Assembly: GCA_964016885.1 (NCBI GenBank)
Contig: OZ024740.1
Span: 215,698,001-215,762,000, forward strand
Direction of reading: 5' to 3'
From: Eledone cirrhosa
Lineage: Eukaryota
DNA length: 64,000 nucleotides
Shown here in pieces: positions 40,342-53,472 of the stretch. The notes beneath the pieces were generated by a model, which saw nothing but the letters and a program-made list of their open reading frames with translations, did no database searches and was not told where the DNA came from. The translations under genes were made by a program, and so were the position numbers. Numbering within the stretch: position 1 is the first letter of the stretch; every line of letters starts with the position of its first letter.

Positions 40342-42334
40342 CTTTGAGGGTTGGTGGGAGAGGCAGTCCTTATAAATGTTCCATCTGTTTGTACTGGTTT
40401 TGTAAACAATAAATGGTGGTATTGGTTTGGCCACACTGTCCAACCCAGTGACCAGCTCTGTAGCTGGTGTTTGTTTAGGTGGGAGTACATACACACATAT
40501 ATACATAGTTAGATGTGCCTATTTATATGTTTGTATGTGTGTGTGTGTGTGTGTCTTCATATACATGTCTATGTGCTATGTTCGTATGCATGTGGTGTGT
40601 GTGTGTGTCTTCACGTTCCAACGTATGTGCTCGTGTGTGTGTGTGTGTCGTCATGTGCCTATGTATGTGCAATGTGCTCATATATGTATGTGTGTGTGTG
40701 TGTGTAAACATCACATAATAAACCTTATTGGGAACAGAAATCCACCAAAGTTCCAACAGTATTACTATGTAGTCAGATAGACATTTCACATTTGCTTCAA
40801 GACAGAATATATTTCATTCCTAACGTCTTTACCTTGTTAATGTCCTTCAGCACTCTCATGCCATCTAGTTATCTCCCCTGATATCTCAACAATCAAATGT
40901 CCAGAAGCTAACTGAAAAATATATCAAAACTTTGGCTTTTATGGAAGTTCATACACACACATACATACATATATATATATCTACCTTCATTGAAGTATGT
41001 TCCTGTCAAGTTTTCATCTGCTTACCAACCCACCCTGTCTTTCATACTCTCACATCTCTCAATCCTTCACACCCCCTCCTCTCACAGTCAATGTAGTATG
41101 CTGACTGTGCAACTAAGGATGGTATTGTATCTCCCCCTCCTCTCTCTCTGTCACCCTCTCTCCTACTCACTGCATCATAATGAATTATGGCATTAGACAT
41201 GATGGTATTCAGTCACCCCTACCACTGTTCTTATCACTCTACCTCTCTCAACACAACTATATATGAGGGATTGCATCAACTCAGCCCTCATTTGATACAC
41301 CATACCATCACCATTTTTTTGCTGCCATCCATCACTCCCTCTCCTCCCAGGCCATTGCCCATCTCTATTGCTAACCATTATTCAATCACTCTATTCCCAA
41401 CAAACATATAGCTGTCCGTCTCTTCTGCTACCATCTTCTTATCCCAAGCACTCTGTTCCACCCATCACATACTCATTACCACCCCTTCCCCTGCAGGTAC
41501 ACACACACACACACACACCAGAAGGACCAGAGTGGGTGGATGGTAGAAGAGGGAATAATATAAAAGAAATAATGATATCAGCTCCATATTTTCTGAAGTG
41601 AGAGAGATCGGATGATGGTTAGTATTGGAGATGGGCAATTAGAAGTAATAAATGTTAATATTGAGTGACCTAGAGGAGAAGGAGTTGTGGCTAGCAACAA
41701 GACCTTTGCAGAAAGGTAATTGCATTATCTGTATTGGATCTTAATTATTCTAACATTCAATACTTTTGGGTAGTTAAAGGCTATATGTTAATTATGAATA
41801 TAATAAAGATATTTAGTGAATAAAACTTAAATAATGGCAACATCATATTATATGTTTTACAGCATGAAACCTGCACCTTGTTGTTTGTAGTAAACACTTT
41901 TACTTTGGAAATCCTCTAAGTTACCGTTTCAAGACATCTGGAAATTAAACTACATCAATTTTATAGTAATTAATTCTTAAAAGCACACCTACAGCAAATA
42001 AGCATATCTATCTTTAACTTTCTCTTTCTCTTTGGGTGTGTGTGGGTGTGTGGGTATATATATATATGTGTGTGTGTGTGTGTCACCATCATCACCGTTT
42101 AATGTCCATTTTCCATGCTGGCATGGGTTAGATGAGTTGTCCTGTTGTGAGCAATGCTAGGTCAGGTGACAGAACCGATGTTTGGCTTGATTTCTACAGC
42201 TGGATGCCCTTCCTAGCACCAATCTCATTTACAGTGAGTACTGGGTGCTTTTTGTTGTGATACCTACACGACCACCTTACAGTGCGGACCGGATATATGT
42301 GTATATATATATAGACATACATATATATATGTGT

Positions 42335-42818
42335 ATAAATTCCGACCTCACACACTTACACCTCTCCAAGACAATGTCACTGGACCGAGACCTTTGGCGG
42401 TACTCAGTAATAGAGAAGACCCGCCTTACCTAAATACAAAGTAAAACCTACTACAGTCAGTAGGCATCTCTAACAAAATACACCCCCGTCCCACCACCCC
42501 CACCCCATCAACACCGCCCCTTTCAATGTAAAGTTATGTTGGTGCCACAACAGCCAGGCCGAAACAAATGAGATCGTGTAGGTGTCATGACAAAAAAACA
42601 CACAGTCCACGCTGTAATGTGGCCGTGTAGGTAACACGGTAAAAACCTCCCAGTCCCACACTGTAAATGTGGTTGGTGTTAGGAAGGGCATCCAGCCGTA
42701 GAAAACCCGCCAGACAGTCCTATGCAAGCAATGACAACCACTCTTGCCTCAAGTGGGAAAACCCCCGTCCAAACCCATGCAAGCGTGGAACATGGACACT
42801 AAACCTTGATGATGATGA
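42335..42818 (+). mobile_element. RTE LINE 3' fragment
   Basis: Encodes INSDLTHLHLSKTMSLDRDLWRYSVIEKTRLT*, then the UTR and (GAT)n tail. Confidence 0.9.
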
Positions 42819-43112
42819 TACACATACATAATAAATATTTGCTCTAAGGTTCTTATATATTTGATATATATTTATCCTTATCAAGCCCTCTTTTGATTTT
42901 AGTCTTCACATTTATTATTATTATGCCGAGGTTAACTTTGCCTTTCATCCTTACTGGGTCGATAAAATAAAGTACCAGTAATGTACTGGGTAATTACTGG
43001 CCTTGTGCCAATAGTAGAAACAATTATTACTATACATATATATATATATATATATATATAAGTATGTGTGTGTGTATTCATTAGTAGAGTGTAAACATCA
43101 TGCTTAATATTG

Positions 43113-43303
43113 TTTCTACTTTTGGCACAAGGCCAGCAATTACCCAGTGTATTACCGGTACTTTATTTTATCAATGCCGTAAGGATGAAAGGCAAAGTTA
43201 ACCTCGGCGGGATTTGAACTCAGAATGACAAGGGCCGTAACTCTATGCGTCAAAGCATGGCGGCTGACCCTCTACCGATACTGCCAATCCACCGCCCTTA
43301 ATC
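43113..43303 (-). mobile_element. Full-length SINE with a 17-bp target-site duplication
   Basis: CATCATGCTTAATATTG at 43096-43112 and 43304-43320. Confidence 0.9.
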
Positions 43304-43304
43304 C

Positions 43305-43444
43305 ATCATGCTTAATATTGAAATTGCTTCTACAGGACAAGAACTGTTTCATTCAAAAGAAATCATCAAGAAAGGTTTCCTAATAATTTCTTTTGAATGA
43401 AACAGTTCTAGTCCTGTAGAGGCCATTTCTATATTAAACATGAT
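43305..43444. mobile_element. Short foldback/MITE
   Basis: gcttctacaggacaagaactgtttcattcaaaagaaat pairs with atttcttttgaatgaaacagttctagtcctgtagaggc. The right arm recurs at ~35765-35815. Confidence 0.75.
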
Positions 43445-45043
43445 ATATATATATATAAACACATATAAATAGACTGGATTGTAGAAAGATACTGGGGTAT
43501 ATAATTTGGTATTTATTCGCTCATTTATTTTTTTTTTGTGTATATATATGCAAACATATGTGTAATATATGTGTATGTGTGTATGGACACATACATTAGA
43601 AAATGGAGAGAGATATTAGTATATGCAAATATAACCATGCATCTGATCATATATGTGCATATATATACATATATACATAAACATCTATAGTTGCAGCACT
43701 TCTCTTTCTCTTTCTCTCTCTACACACACACACACACACAGAAATGGTGAGAAGAGAAAGGTAAATGAAATTATAACTATATATAAACTTTATCATTTAA
43801 GTCAATATTCAAATGGATCTGCTGACCTCATCCAGGAAAAACGGACACTAAACGTTGATGATGAATATGTTAAAAACTGACTCTTCTGCTAGTTTATTTG
43901 AGATTGAGATGAAAATGCCTGGTTTGAAAATATTGGTAGACCAGTCAACACTTTGATGGTTGATGTCACTCTTTGTTGACACCACTGGATAAAACGGTTT
44001 TGTTGTGGCATTCTTAGAACACTTTAGAGACACTTGAGCTGGCCTGTAGAGCCCAATTATCATTAACTCATTGGATTTGTTGTGTACAGACACTGGTCCA
44101 CTGTGAGCCATGCAGAAAAATAGTGGCTTCCTCTTTTCTACTGTCAGCATGGTCTGTATGAATGGTTGTCAAAAATTCCCTTCTTTCACTTCAGGTTCCT
44201 AGTTGGAGTTATCAACATGGGACTCAGGTGGGATGAAGAAAGAGTTAAAGATATTGGGTGGTCAAAACCCAATACTTAATGAATTGCATCTTCTATTTTT
44301 GTGCATTGATGGATGGGCTGATGCCCGGGGCATTAAGCAAAAATGTCAAGTCTAGAGTTGTGGTTTGTTATTTAATGGCAGCAATATTTATATAGAGAGA
44401 GATATTTATACATACATACATACATAATGGGTGGATCTCAGTTTTGAGAATTGCCATTCCTTGATCTTTTTCTCATACATGGGTGGCACAAACATGACTT
44501 TTTACCCCTTCCTAGAAATTAGATTCCTTTCTGCATATACTGCAGTGAAAGAAAAAAGAAAAGGCCATGCTCGTACAACACAAGTGATGGTTGTTTAGAT
44601 CAAGCGATGCCTGTGTTTGAAGCTTTTTCAAGTGAAGAAAGGCCTTTCACTGGACCAATCTCTCTCTCTCTCTCTGAACAATGGTGCCAGGTATCCCAAA
44701 CAAACAGGTCAGCATCATTGGCTACCATCAAGTTGCAGGTTTTACATCATCTCCTAGAATGATGTCCTAACAAGAACTAGGGTTATCTCACTCCCAGTGG
44801 GCTAACCACACACGCAGGCACCAAACTGAGTAAACGGCGATGAACTGCACTGGGGTTGTCCCAGAATCACCTGGCAACAAACATTCCAAAAAGACCTGAT
44901 GGCAGCCAACATCACTTGGCATGGACACGAAAAAGCCACCTCTGATAGTGATCGTTGGTGACTAATTACTGCTTGATGCGCTGATAGGCATGGAAGAACC
45001 TAAGATGCATACATACAAACATATATATGGTATATATTTCAGG

Positions 45044-45234
45044 TACAAGGGTCAGCTGAAAAGTTCATATGCTGACCAATTCACTTTCATGGAATGACCA
45101 AATGAGATTTATTTTTCAATAGTAAAAAAACAATGCAGTTATTAATAAGAGTTGAAATTAATGCATCCAAGATTTCACAGCCCTAACATCAATCCTTCAT
45201 AGTGAGCCTATGAACATTTCAGTCGACCCTGGTA
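45044..45234 (+). mobile_element. Mariner-type MITE
   Basis: TA|CAAGGGTCAGCTGAAAAGTTCATA ... TATGAACATTTCAGTCGACCCTGG|TA. Confidence 0.8.
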
Positions 45235-45666
45235 TTATTTTTAATTCACATTCAATTAACAATATTTTTTCCATTTTAGGGTGGTTGTGGTGTCTAGGCC
45301 TTGAGTAATGAGCTGTCCCTATAAACTTGACTTTACAGTCCCTCTCTGATCAATGCTGTTGATGTTCAATATAAATTGTTGCAGGTCAATTCTTTCATTA
45401 ACAACATGTGCAGGACAAAAGAATTCCTGAGGGACAACATTCTAAGGATAAAGGAAAGGACATAGGGGTCAGTGCAAGGTGTGGATTGCTTGACAACATA
45501 TGGATGATGTGTAACAAGAAAAATGACTCAGATCTCTCATTGATTTGGCAGTCATTGAACTGCTCCACAGCTATACCAGGGCAACATCTTAAAAGATACA
45601 GGAATCATATTGATCCCTGCAATTATTCCAATCTACATTTTATATCAACTTCTATTTGTTGAACTA

Positions 45667-45697
<31 letters not shown>

Positions 45698-45806
45698 GCC
45701 AGACAGTCTCTGAATATAATTAATTTTTACAGCATTGCAATTGCTATTTTCCAAGAGATCGACTAACAACTAAGTCATATCTTTTCTGAGCAATGTCAGG
45801 TAGTAC

Positions 45807-45870
<64 letters not shown>

Positions 45871-46744
45871 GATAGACAGGCACACAAGCACATATATATA
45901 AATACATACATATACATACACAAAAACAGACTCACATGCATATATATGTGTATATATATATATATATATATACATATACACACACAGAAATATATCTACA
46001 TATATATATATACATATACACACACAGAAATATATCTACATACAGATAGAGATTCACATGCACATATAACATATATATATATATATACACAGAAATATAT
46101 CTACATACAGAAATTCACATACACACATATATATATAAATACATATATATATTTATATACACACAGAAATATATCTACATATATAATGAACATTATGTAA
46201 CATATGTCATTGATTGTCCCATATAAAAATCCTTTAATGTTTGTCTTTAGTCTCTGCCATCTCAACTTTTTGACTACACCTGGTGGTGGTGGTGGTGAGG
46301 CTAAGTGAAAGTGTGATGCTGATGGGGGGGGGGGGGGGGGGGGGCTGTGTGTGAGTGTTTCTAGTGGTGGTGTTGGTAACTATGGTGTTGTTGATTATGT
46401 TGATGTTGGTGGTAGTGGTGAAGCCGGGTGAGTGATCCTGGTGGTGGTGGTGGTGCTGGTGCTAATACTTTCATATAAGACATACATTTATCTACTACTA
46501 TAACTATTACCACTACTACTACTAATAATGATAATAATAATACTGGGACCCACATGTGGGCAAACAACAACAACAACAAACATTTACAAATAATCATTGT
46601 TTTTCTTTGCTGGTTATTGTTATTACAGCTGTTGTTGTCTTACTATTGTTGCTGTTGTTGTTGCTGCAGTTTTTGTTGCATCTGCTGTTGTTTGTTGTTG
46701 TTGCAGCTGCTGTCCTACATCATCTTGATTTTGTGTGGTGTGTC

Positions 46745-46960
46745 ATAAAGACAAGATGGAGAGACAATAACAAATTAGTCACTGAGGAGGTCACAGAATG
46801 TGTAACAAAAGAGCTTTGACAATAAATAAACAACCAACCAGAAATTTGTAATAAATTGAAGTGTTTTTTATTGGCAGCCTGACCCTCTGAAAGTATAACA
46901 ATATCTGTTCCATCACATGTTTTTAGATAAGAAATCTTGCAATACAAATACAAAAACGAA
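46745..46960 (+). mobile_element. Diverged Penelope-like terminal repeat with a mutated hammerhead
   Basis: AGTCA-CTGAGGA-GGTCACAGAATGTGTAAC-AAAA-GAGCTT-TGAC. Downstream sequence is homologous to the reverse complement of 7931-8130. Confidence 0.7.
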
Positions 46961-47437
46961 GTCTATCAGCATCATCTATATAGATATATATATATATATA
47001 TAATAATTGTTTCTACTTTTGGCACAAGGCCAGCAATTACCCCAGTGTATTACTAGTACTTTATTTTATCGACCTCGTAAGGATGAAAGGCAAAGTTAAC
47101 CTCAGATCCCTTTATGATCTGAGTTCAAATCCCGCCGAGGTTAACTTTGCCTTTCACCCTTACGAGGTCGATATATATATATATATATATAATAATAGTG
47201 TTTATACTTATATATAAACTATATATAATTATAAATATGAAAGGATAGTATGTTGTACTATCCAATTACCAGTAAGAGAAATAGCTCAATATAAAACTTC
47301 AGATGTATTACAGAACAGGAATACAAAGTACAAAACAATCAAATTTATGTTTAATACTTCATATATTCATTTTATATATATGCAGTCACACACACTTATT
47401 TGTATATATTGTACCTTCTCACTTTCTCTCTTTACAG

Positions 47438-48016
47438 AGTGTTTATTGTTGTGATTTCCTGCACTTGGAGACCCAGGAACCTCTGCAAGTGGCATCTGAT
47501 ACACTAGAGACCCTTTTGAACAATTTAAAGAGCCCTGTTCAAAAACTTCCACAGTGTTCTTTCCATGTAGTTGTCTTTTCCTTGTTATTAGAATATTTCC
47601 CTTCACCATACCAACGCTGGCTCTGCTGTCTCAAGGCCCACAAGCTGCTCTTGATTGATGGACTGCTGTTAATTGTCTCACCAGATTCTCATCAACAACA
47701 TAGGAATGCACATATGATGAAAAGTTGGAAGAAGGCTATTGAAGCCATGGGTTTCTGTCGATGGCACTACATGAAGCTGGAACACTTACATTGCATGGCT
47801 TTCCGTAAGATTCACAACATGCAGGATGAGATAAGTTTAATAGCTGGTGATATATATCCTGACATGATGTACATTCCACAAGATTCAAATGACACTGACT
47901 CAGATTTTCAAGACAACCTCATACAAAGTATTTTTGATGTTGATAACAAAGAATTCTTTGAGAGAACCATATCTGAGTTGCCAACCGATCTCTCCAGTGA
48001 TGAAGACAGCCAATGA
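47438..48016 (+). CDS. SAMTOR: SAMTOR/BMT2 terminal coding exon
   Basis: Polypyrimidine acceptor ctttctctctttacag ends at 47437. Phase 0, in frame with ORF 47303..48016. Reads SVYCCDFLHL...FHVVVFSLLLEYFPSPYQRWLCCLKAHKLLLIDGLLLIVSPDSHQQHRNAHMMKSWKKAIE...HCMAFRK, matching the recalled SAMTOR C-terminal half. Joins in frame to exon 24398-24512. Stop TGA ends at 48016. Confidence 0.95.
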   Translation, partial: SVYCCDFLHLETQEPLQVASDTLETLLNNLKSPVQKLPQCSFHVVVFSLLLEYFPSPYQRWLCCLKAHKLLLIDGLLLIVSPDSHQQHRNAHMMKSWKKAIEAMGFCRWHYMKLEHLHCMAFRKIHNMQDEISLIAGDIYPDMMYIPQDSNDTDSDFQDNLIQSIFDVDNKEFFERTISELPTDLSSDEDSQ

Positions 48017-48367
48017 AGATTCTTCAGTTGAAAAATTAATCAATTTATTCAAGCTGTGATTTTAAATTCTTTTATTAAATTCTTAATTTTAATTTTTTTT
48101 TTAAAACAATTTTACATCCATTTTTTTCCATACTAGAATGGATGGGTTTGTTTTAAAGATTTGTCTACTTACAAACTGTTGGATCACTTGTTTAGCCATA
48201 TTGATACCAAGTTGCCTAGAACCACCACTAATTAATTTAAAGTATATATATATTTATCTAAAAACCTTCCATCATAATCTTATGTAAGAATCTTTGTTTA
48301 GTTATGTTCCAAACAACAGCTTAATAATGAGAAGTCTACATTCACGATTATTTTAAAAATTATAGGT

Positions 48368-48735
48368 AGTGTCTTTCATTAAAAATATGGTAATGAAAGG
48401 GTCAAAGACATAGACAGTGTCTTTCATTAGAAATATGGTAATGAAAGACATACCATATTTCTAATGAAAGATACTGGGTATGTCTTTAACCCTTTCATTA
48501 CCATATTTCTAATGAAAGATACTGGGTAACGAAAGGGTTAATGACATATGTAGTATCTTTCATTAGAAATAAGGTAATGAAAGGGTTAATGACATAGATA
48601 GTATCTTTCATTAGAAATATGGTAATGAAAGGGTTAATGACATAGATAGTATCTTTCATTAGAAATATGGTAATGAAAGGGTTAAAGACATAGACAGTGT
48701 ATTTCATTAGAAATATGGTAATGAAAGAGTTAAAC
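48368..48735. repeat. ~50-bp tandem repeat with internal inversion and piggyBac-like termini
   Basis: Unit tctttcattagaaatatggtaatgaaagggttaa..., with an inverted block at ~48450-48525 containing TTAACCCTTTC. Confidence 0.75.
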
Positions 48736-49472
48736 AGTTATATTTTCTTTTTGCTGAAAATCACTATTGTGAAATAAGAGTTATTCTGTTGTGAATCAGA
48801 CAAAAAAAAAATTTAAAAATAAAAATAAAACAAAAAAAAACGTTAGCCTTAGTAATATTTAAACTCAAAACCATGTGCTCTATTGTGACTGGAATGGATT
48901 CTGTTATCAGCCAGGTAAACTGAGGCAGGCAAAACATATTGGCTATAATATCTAATATTTGTATCCAAAACTATGTGGTTTGTAGTCTCTAGAATTTTAA
49001 TCTCAGTCTTTAAATCTTTCTGAGAATGGGCAAGTGGAAAAGTTAATTAATCAAAGGTGATTATATGTTAATTAATTGAAGGTTTTAAACATGAATTTGT
49101 TCAGATCTTCATGGTTTTCTCACAAACACTAACAACTTTGATAAATTATTGAAGAAATAGCAAAAATTGAACACTTATCTAGAGGGTGAAATATTTTATC
49201 AATAAACAACCTGCATTGATTGCTACTAATTAGTAGTCCACCTGTATTGATTACTACTAATTAACTAATTAGTACACTATATTACTAATTAGTAAACCAT
49301 CTATATTGATTGCTAATTAATAATCCTCCTCTACCATCTATATTTCTATTGATTAGTAAACCACCTTTATTGACTACAAATCCACATGAATTGATCTCAT
49401 ATATATTGTTGTTTTGAGAAGAAAAAAAAGAAACCAAAAATTTTAATTTTAGCTCAAAATATTTTAATTTTG

Positions 49473-49478
49473 AATAAA
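49473..49478 (+). promoter_or_regulatory. Candidate polyadenylation signal for SAMTOR
   Basis: AATAAA followed ~25 nt later by a T-rich tract (ttcttagttttgttatttttt). Alternative AATAAA hexamers lie at ~48818 and 49201, so the assignment is uncertain. Confidence 0.3.
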
Positions 49479-49531
49479 CAATTTTAAAAAAAAATTCTTT
49501 CTTAGTTTTGTTATTTTTTATTCATTGAGGT

Positions 49532-49987
49532 GTGGTCAAGCTTGGACACTACCATTGATGGTATTAGTCAATCATATCATCTGTAGTATTTATTTTCAGT
49601 CTTGGGCTGTGGTCAAGTTTGGACACCACCATTGAATGTTGTGGTCAATCATATCAACTCTGGTATTTATCTTCAGTCATGGGGCTGTGGTTGAGTTTGG
49701 ACACCACCATTGAATGTTGTGGTCAATCATATCAACTCTGGTATTTATCTTCAGTCATGGGGCTGTGGTCAAGTTTGGACACCACCATTGAATGTTGTGG
49801 TCAATCATATCAACTCTGGTATTTATCTTCAATCATGGGGCTGTGGTTGAGTTTGGACACCACCATTGAATGTTGTGGTCAATCATATCAACTCTGGTAT
49901 TTATCTTCAGTCATGGGGCTGTGGTCAAGTTTGGACACCACCATTGAATGTTGTGGTCAATCATATCAACTCTAGTATTTATCTTCA
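49532..49987. repeat. 78-bp tandem repeat, ~6 units
   Basis: Unit ggtcaagtttggacaccaccattgaatgttgtggtcaatcatatcaactctggtatttatcttcagtcatggggctgt. Confidence 0.93.
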
Positions 49988-50756
49988 TTCTACTACATAG
50001 TTTATCAGCGTTTGATGAATGAAAGGCCAAGTAAAAGTCGGAGTGATTTGAACTCAAACATTATTGACAAGATTCCAGGCCTCACTTGCTCTTGGGTGAA
50101 GTGGAACTCATTAAATTGGACCAAGGAAACAATGTTTCCATTGCTGATACTATCTACTATCCACAAATCCTGGCAGAAAAAGCAACTTGAAATAAAGTGT
50201 CTTGCTCAAGGACACTTATTAACACATCAAGTGGTCTGGGAATCGAACACGCAACCTCACAATTATGGATCCAATTCTCTAATCTCTAAGCCACACAGCT
50301 TCGCTCAAACTATAGATGGCTAATAGTAAATTGTTTGATGACTATTTTTCACACTTGCGCTGGGTTAGACAGGTTGTCACAATATGAAACCACATCATGA
50401 TCATACGGATCTGTATTTTGGTTTCTATGGCTGGATGCCCTTCCTAACACCAACCACATTACAGGGTGGACTGGGTACTATTTATTGTGGCATCTAAACA
50501 ACCTCTTTACAATGTGGACTGAGTGTTTTTTGTTGTGTCACCAACATGACCATATCACACTAATATTGGTTCCTAATGTAGGAAGAAGGCCAGTAATCTG
50601 AAGGGAAAGAACATTGAATTAATCAATCCCAGTTCTTGATTGATATTTTATCAACTCTAGAATGATTGGGACAGGCTTTGAAGTCAGATTGTAAACAACT
50701 AGAACAAATCATGAAAAGCATTTGTCTAACAATTCTGACAATTCATACCTTAGTAA

Positions 50757-52885
50757 TAATGGTTCCTACTATAGGCAAAAGGCTAATAATTTAGGAGGGA
50801 GGGGATAGTCGATTAAATCAACCCCAGTGTATTACTGGTACTATATTTTATCGACTTTGTAAGGATGAAAGGCAAAGCTAACCTCGGCAGGATTTGAACT
50901 CAGAATGTGAAGGGATGTAACTCTATGCCATAAAGTATGTTGTCCAAGGCTTTACTGATTACTGCCAATCCACCACCCTAAAAATAATAATAATAATAAA
51001 AATTGTTTCTACTTTTGGCACAAGGCCAGCAATTACCCAGTACATTACTGGTGCTTTATTTTATCGACCCCGTAAGGATGAAAGGTAAAGTTAACCTCGG
51101 CGGGATTTGAACTCAGACCATAAAGGGCCGTAACTCTTTGCTGCAAAACATGGCGTCCGACCGTCTACCGATACTGCCAATGATTCGTAGTAGTTGTATC
51201 GATTGTGTGAGCAGTTAGTAGAAGGTTGGATGGCTTGTGAAGCTAGGAATTACCAACAGGAGAGGAATGTCGCAGAAAACAGCCTTGTTAGTAACTGCAA
51301 GAATTCTAAAGAGGGTGTTGGAAAGTTGAAGGAGAAGGAATGATCCAAAGGACCTTTGGCTATGGCTTGCTCTTTTGGTATAGTGTCGGTGTAACATCTG
51401 CTAGAATGAATGATGATGATGATGATGATAATTATTTCTACTTTAGGCACAAGGCCAGCAATTTGAAGGGGAGGGGAAAGTCTATTAAATGAACTCCAGT
51501 GTTTGACTGTTACTTTATTTTGTTGATCCCAAAAGGATGAAAGGCAAAGCTAACCTCGGTGGGTATAAAGAACCAGAATAAATACTGCTAAAACATTTAT
51601 CTGAGTCTCTAATGACTTGGCCAACTCACCACCCTTATAATATAATAACAATAAAGATTTTTGATTTAGGCACAAGGTCAACAATTTTGGGAGGATTTGA
51701 ACTCAGAATGTGAAGGGATGTAACTCTATGCTGCAAATCATGTTGTCCGACGTTCTACTGATTACTGCCAATCCACCGCCCTTATAATAATAATTGTTTC
51801 TACTTTTGGCACAAAGCCAGCAATTTCCCAGTACATTACTGGTACTTTATTTTATCGATCCCGTAAGGATGAAAGGCAAAGATAACCTCGACAGGATTTG
51901 AACTCAGATCATAAAGGGCAGTAACTCTATGCTGCAAAGCATGGCGTCCAACCCTCTAACGATACTGCCAATCCACAACCCTTATAATAATAATAAAAAT
52001 GATAATAATAATAATAACAACAACAACAACAGTAATGATAATGGTTAGAATTACATTTCTGAAAAGTGAACAATATAATATGGTGGGAAGACTAGGTGGT
52101 TTGCAGTGTTGCAATAAATCAAACAAGTCTTGTGTAAACAACTTTAGCAACTTATAAATGGTCAACATAGAACATGAATATCAACAGCAATCTTATTATA
52201 GATGTTGGTTGTATCAAAATTCAATACAAAAGATATTGGTTAGCAATTTTCCTTTCATTAATAAGCATATTTGTTTCCGTTCATAGCTTTCCATTACAGA
52301 GTGATTATATTTGTGACTGGTCTCCTGCTGCCTTCTGTAGGTGGGAAAGTGAAGATTTTTAAAGAGATGGGGAAAACATCTATGATGTCCATATCTTTGT
52401 CACTTGCCATTAACAATAAGAATAAACCTATCACTGGTTTAGACAAGTATTCCAGTTGTTCAGTCAACAGAACTACCAATGATATATAAAGGCCAACAAT
52501 TTGAGGGAGGGGAAAGTTGATTAAATTAACCACAGTGCATTACTGGTACTTTATTTTATCAACAAGGATCAAAAGCAAAGCCAACCTTGGCAGGATTTGA
52601 ACCCAGAAAGTAAAGGAACGTAACTCTATGCTGCAAATTATGTTGTTCGATGCTCTACCAATGCTGCCAAGCCACTGCCCTTATCTTATGGAATAATGGT
52701 TTCTGATTTAGGCACAAGGGAGAAGAAAGTCAATTAAATTGACTTCAGTGCATTACTGGTACTTTATTTTAACAATCCAGTAAGGATGAAAAACAAAGTT
52801 AACCTCGGTGGGATTAGAACCTAGAACATAAAGGGACATAACTCTAAGCTGCAAAGCATGGTGTCTGATTCTCTACCAATCCACC
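50757..52885 (-). mobile_element. Cluster of ~7 co-oriented SINE copies
   Basis: Copies at ~50757-50980, 51001-51181, 51431-51637, 51660-51783, 51791-51983, 52490-52683 and 52697-52885. Confidence 0.85.
51185..51430 (+). mobile_element. 3' fragment of an R4/Dong-like (REL-endonuclease) non-LTR element
   Basis: Translates WLVKLGITNRRGMSQKTALLVTARILKRVLES*, resembling the recalled QKTALLGTARILRKVL C-terminus. Short UTR and (ATG)n tail. Confidence 0.6.
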
Positions 52886-53472
52886 AATGATATATAATGA
52901 TGAGCATTGTTAAATAAGAAGTTTTCTGTCTGACTTAACACAACGTAGTTTCAGATCCTAGCTGTACACTGAATTTGTCAGCTGGTTCAACATCTCTACT
53001 ACCACATAACTACCATCTTCCTATCCTTCCCCAAAAAATTCTTACTCCCCGCCACCTCATGGACACTAGATTGTTTTCCTTTTCTTTTTTTCTTTGTATG
53101 ACCCTCAGACCACTGCCATCCTTCCTCTATTACATCTATTCATCTCTTGAATTGACCACCATAAATCAATGAGAACCGATATATTTTCTCAAATCTGTAG
53201 GGAATCAGACTGTCATCACCATAACAGAAGTCCAACGAGCTTTTGATTCCAGAGTCAGGCCTGATTGATACAGATCAAGCCTTGAACTGATCAGTCTCGA
53301 AACACGCGTGACACCTCAATAAATGTAATGAAGATCTAACACCTCATCCTTATTATTATTACATTCTGCTTAGTACAACACCAATATACCTGCTGGAGAT
53401 TATGCATCTAGTGCTCACTCTGGTGAACCTACAGTAACTGGATATTACAATCCTTAAACTATATATATATAT

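Larger units (their letters stand above)
24513..47437 (+). other. SAMTOR: SAMTOR intron, 22,925 bp, GT-AG, phase 0
   Basis: GTAAGT...TTTACAG. The spliced junction ...ISPAKS|SVYCCDF is collinear with recalled human ...IVPAVE|SVYKCDF, so no further coding exon is needed in between. Confidence 0.88.

Noticed and set aside
47303-47437. N-terminal part of ORF 47303..48016
   Set aside because: Intronic read-through upstream of the splice acceptor; homology starts at SVYCCDF.
49619-49975. 26-aa repeat protein
   Set aside because: Translation of the 78-bp tandem repeat; no true ATG start or splice support.
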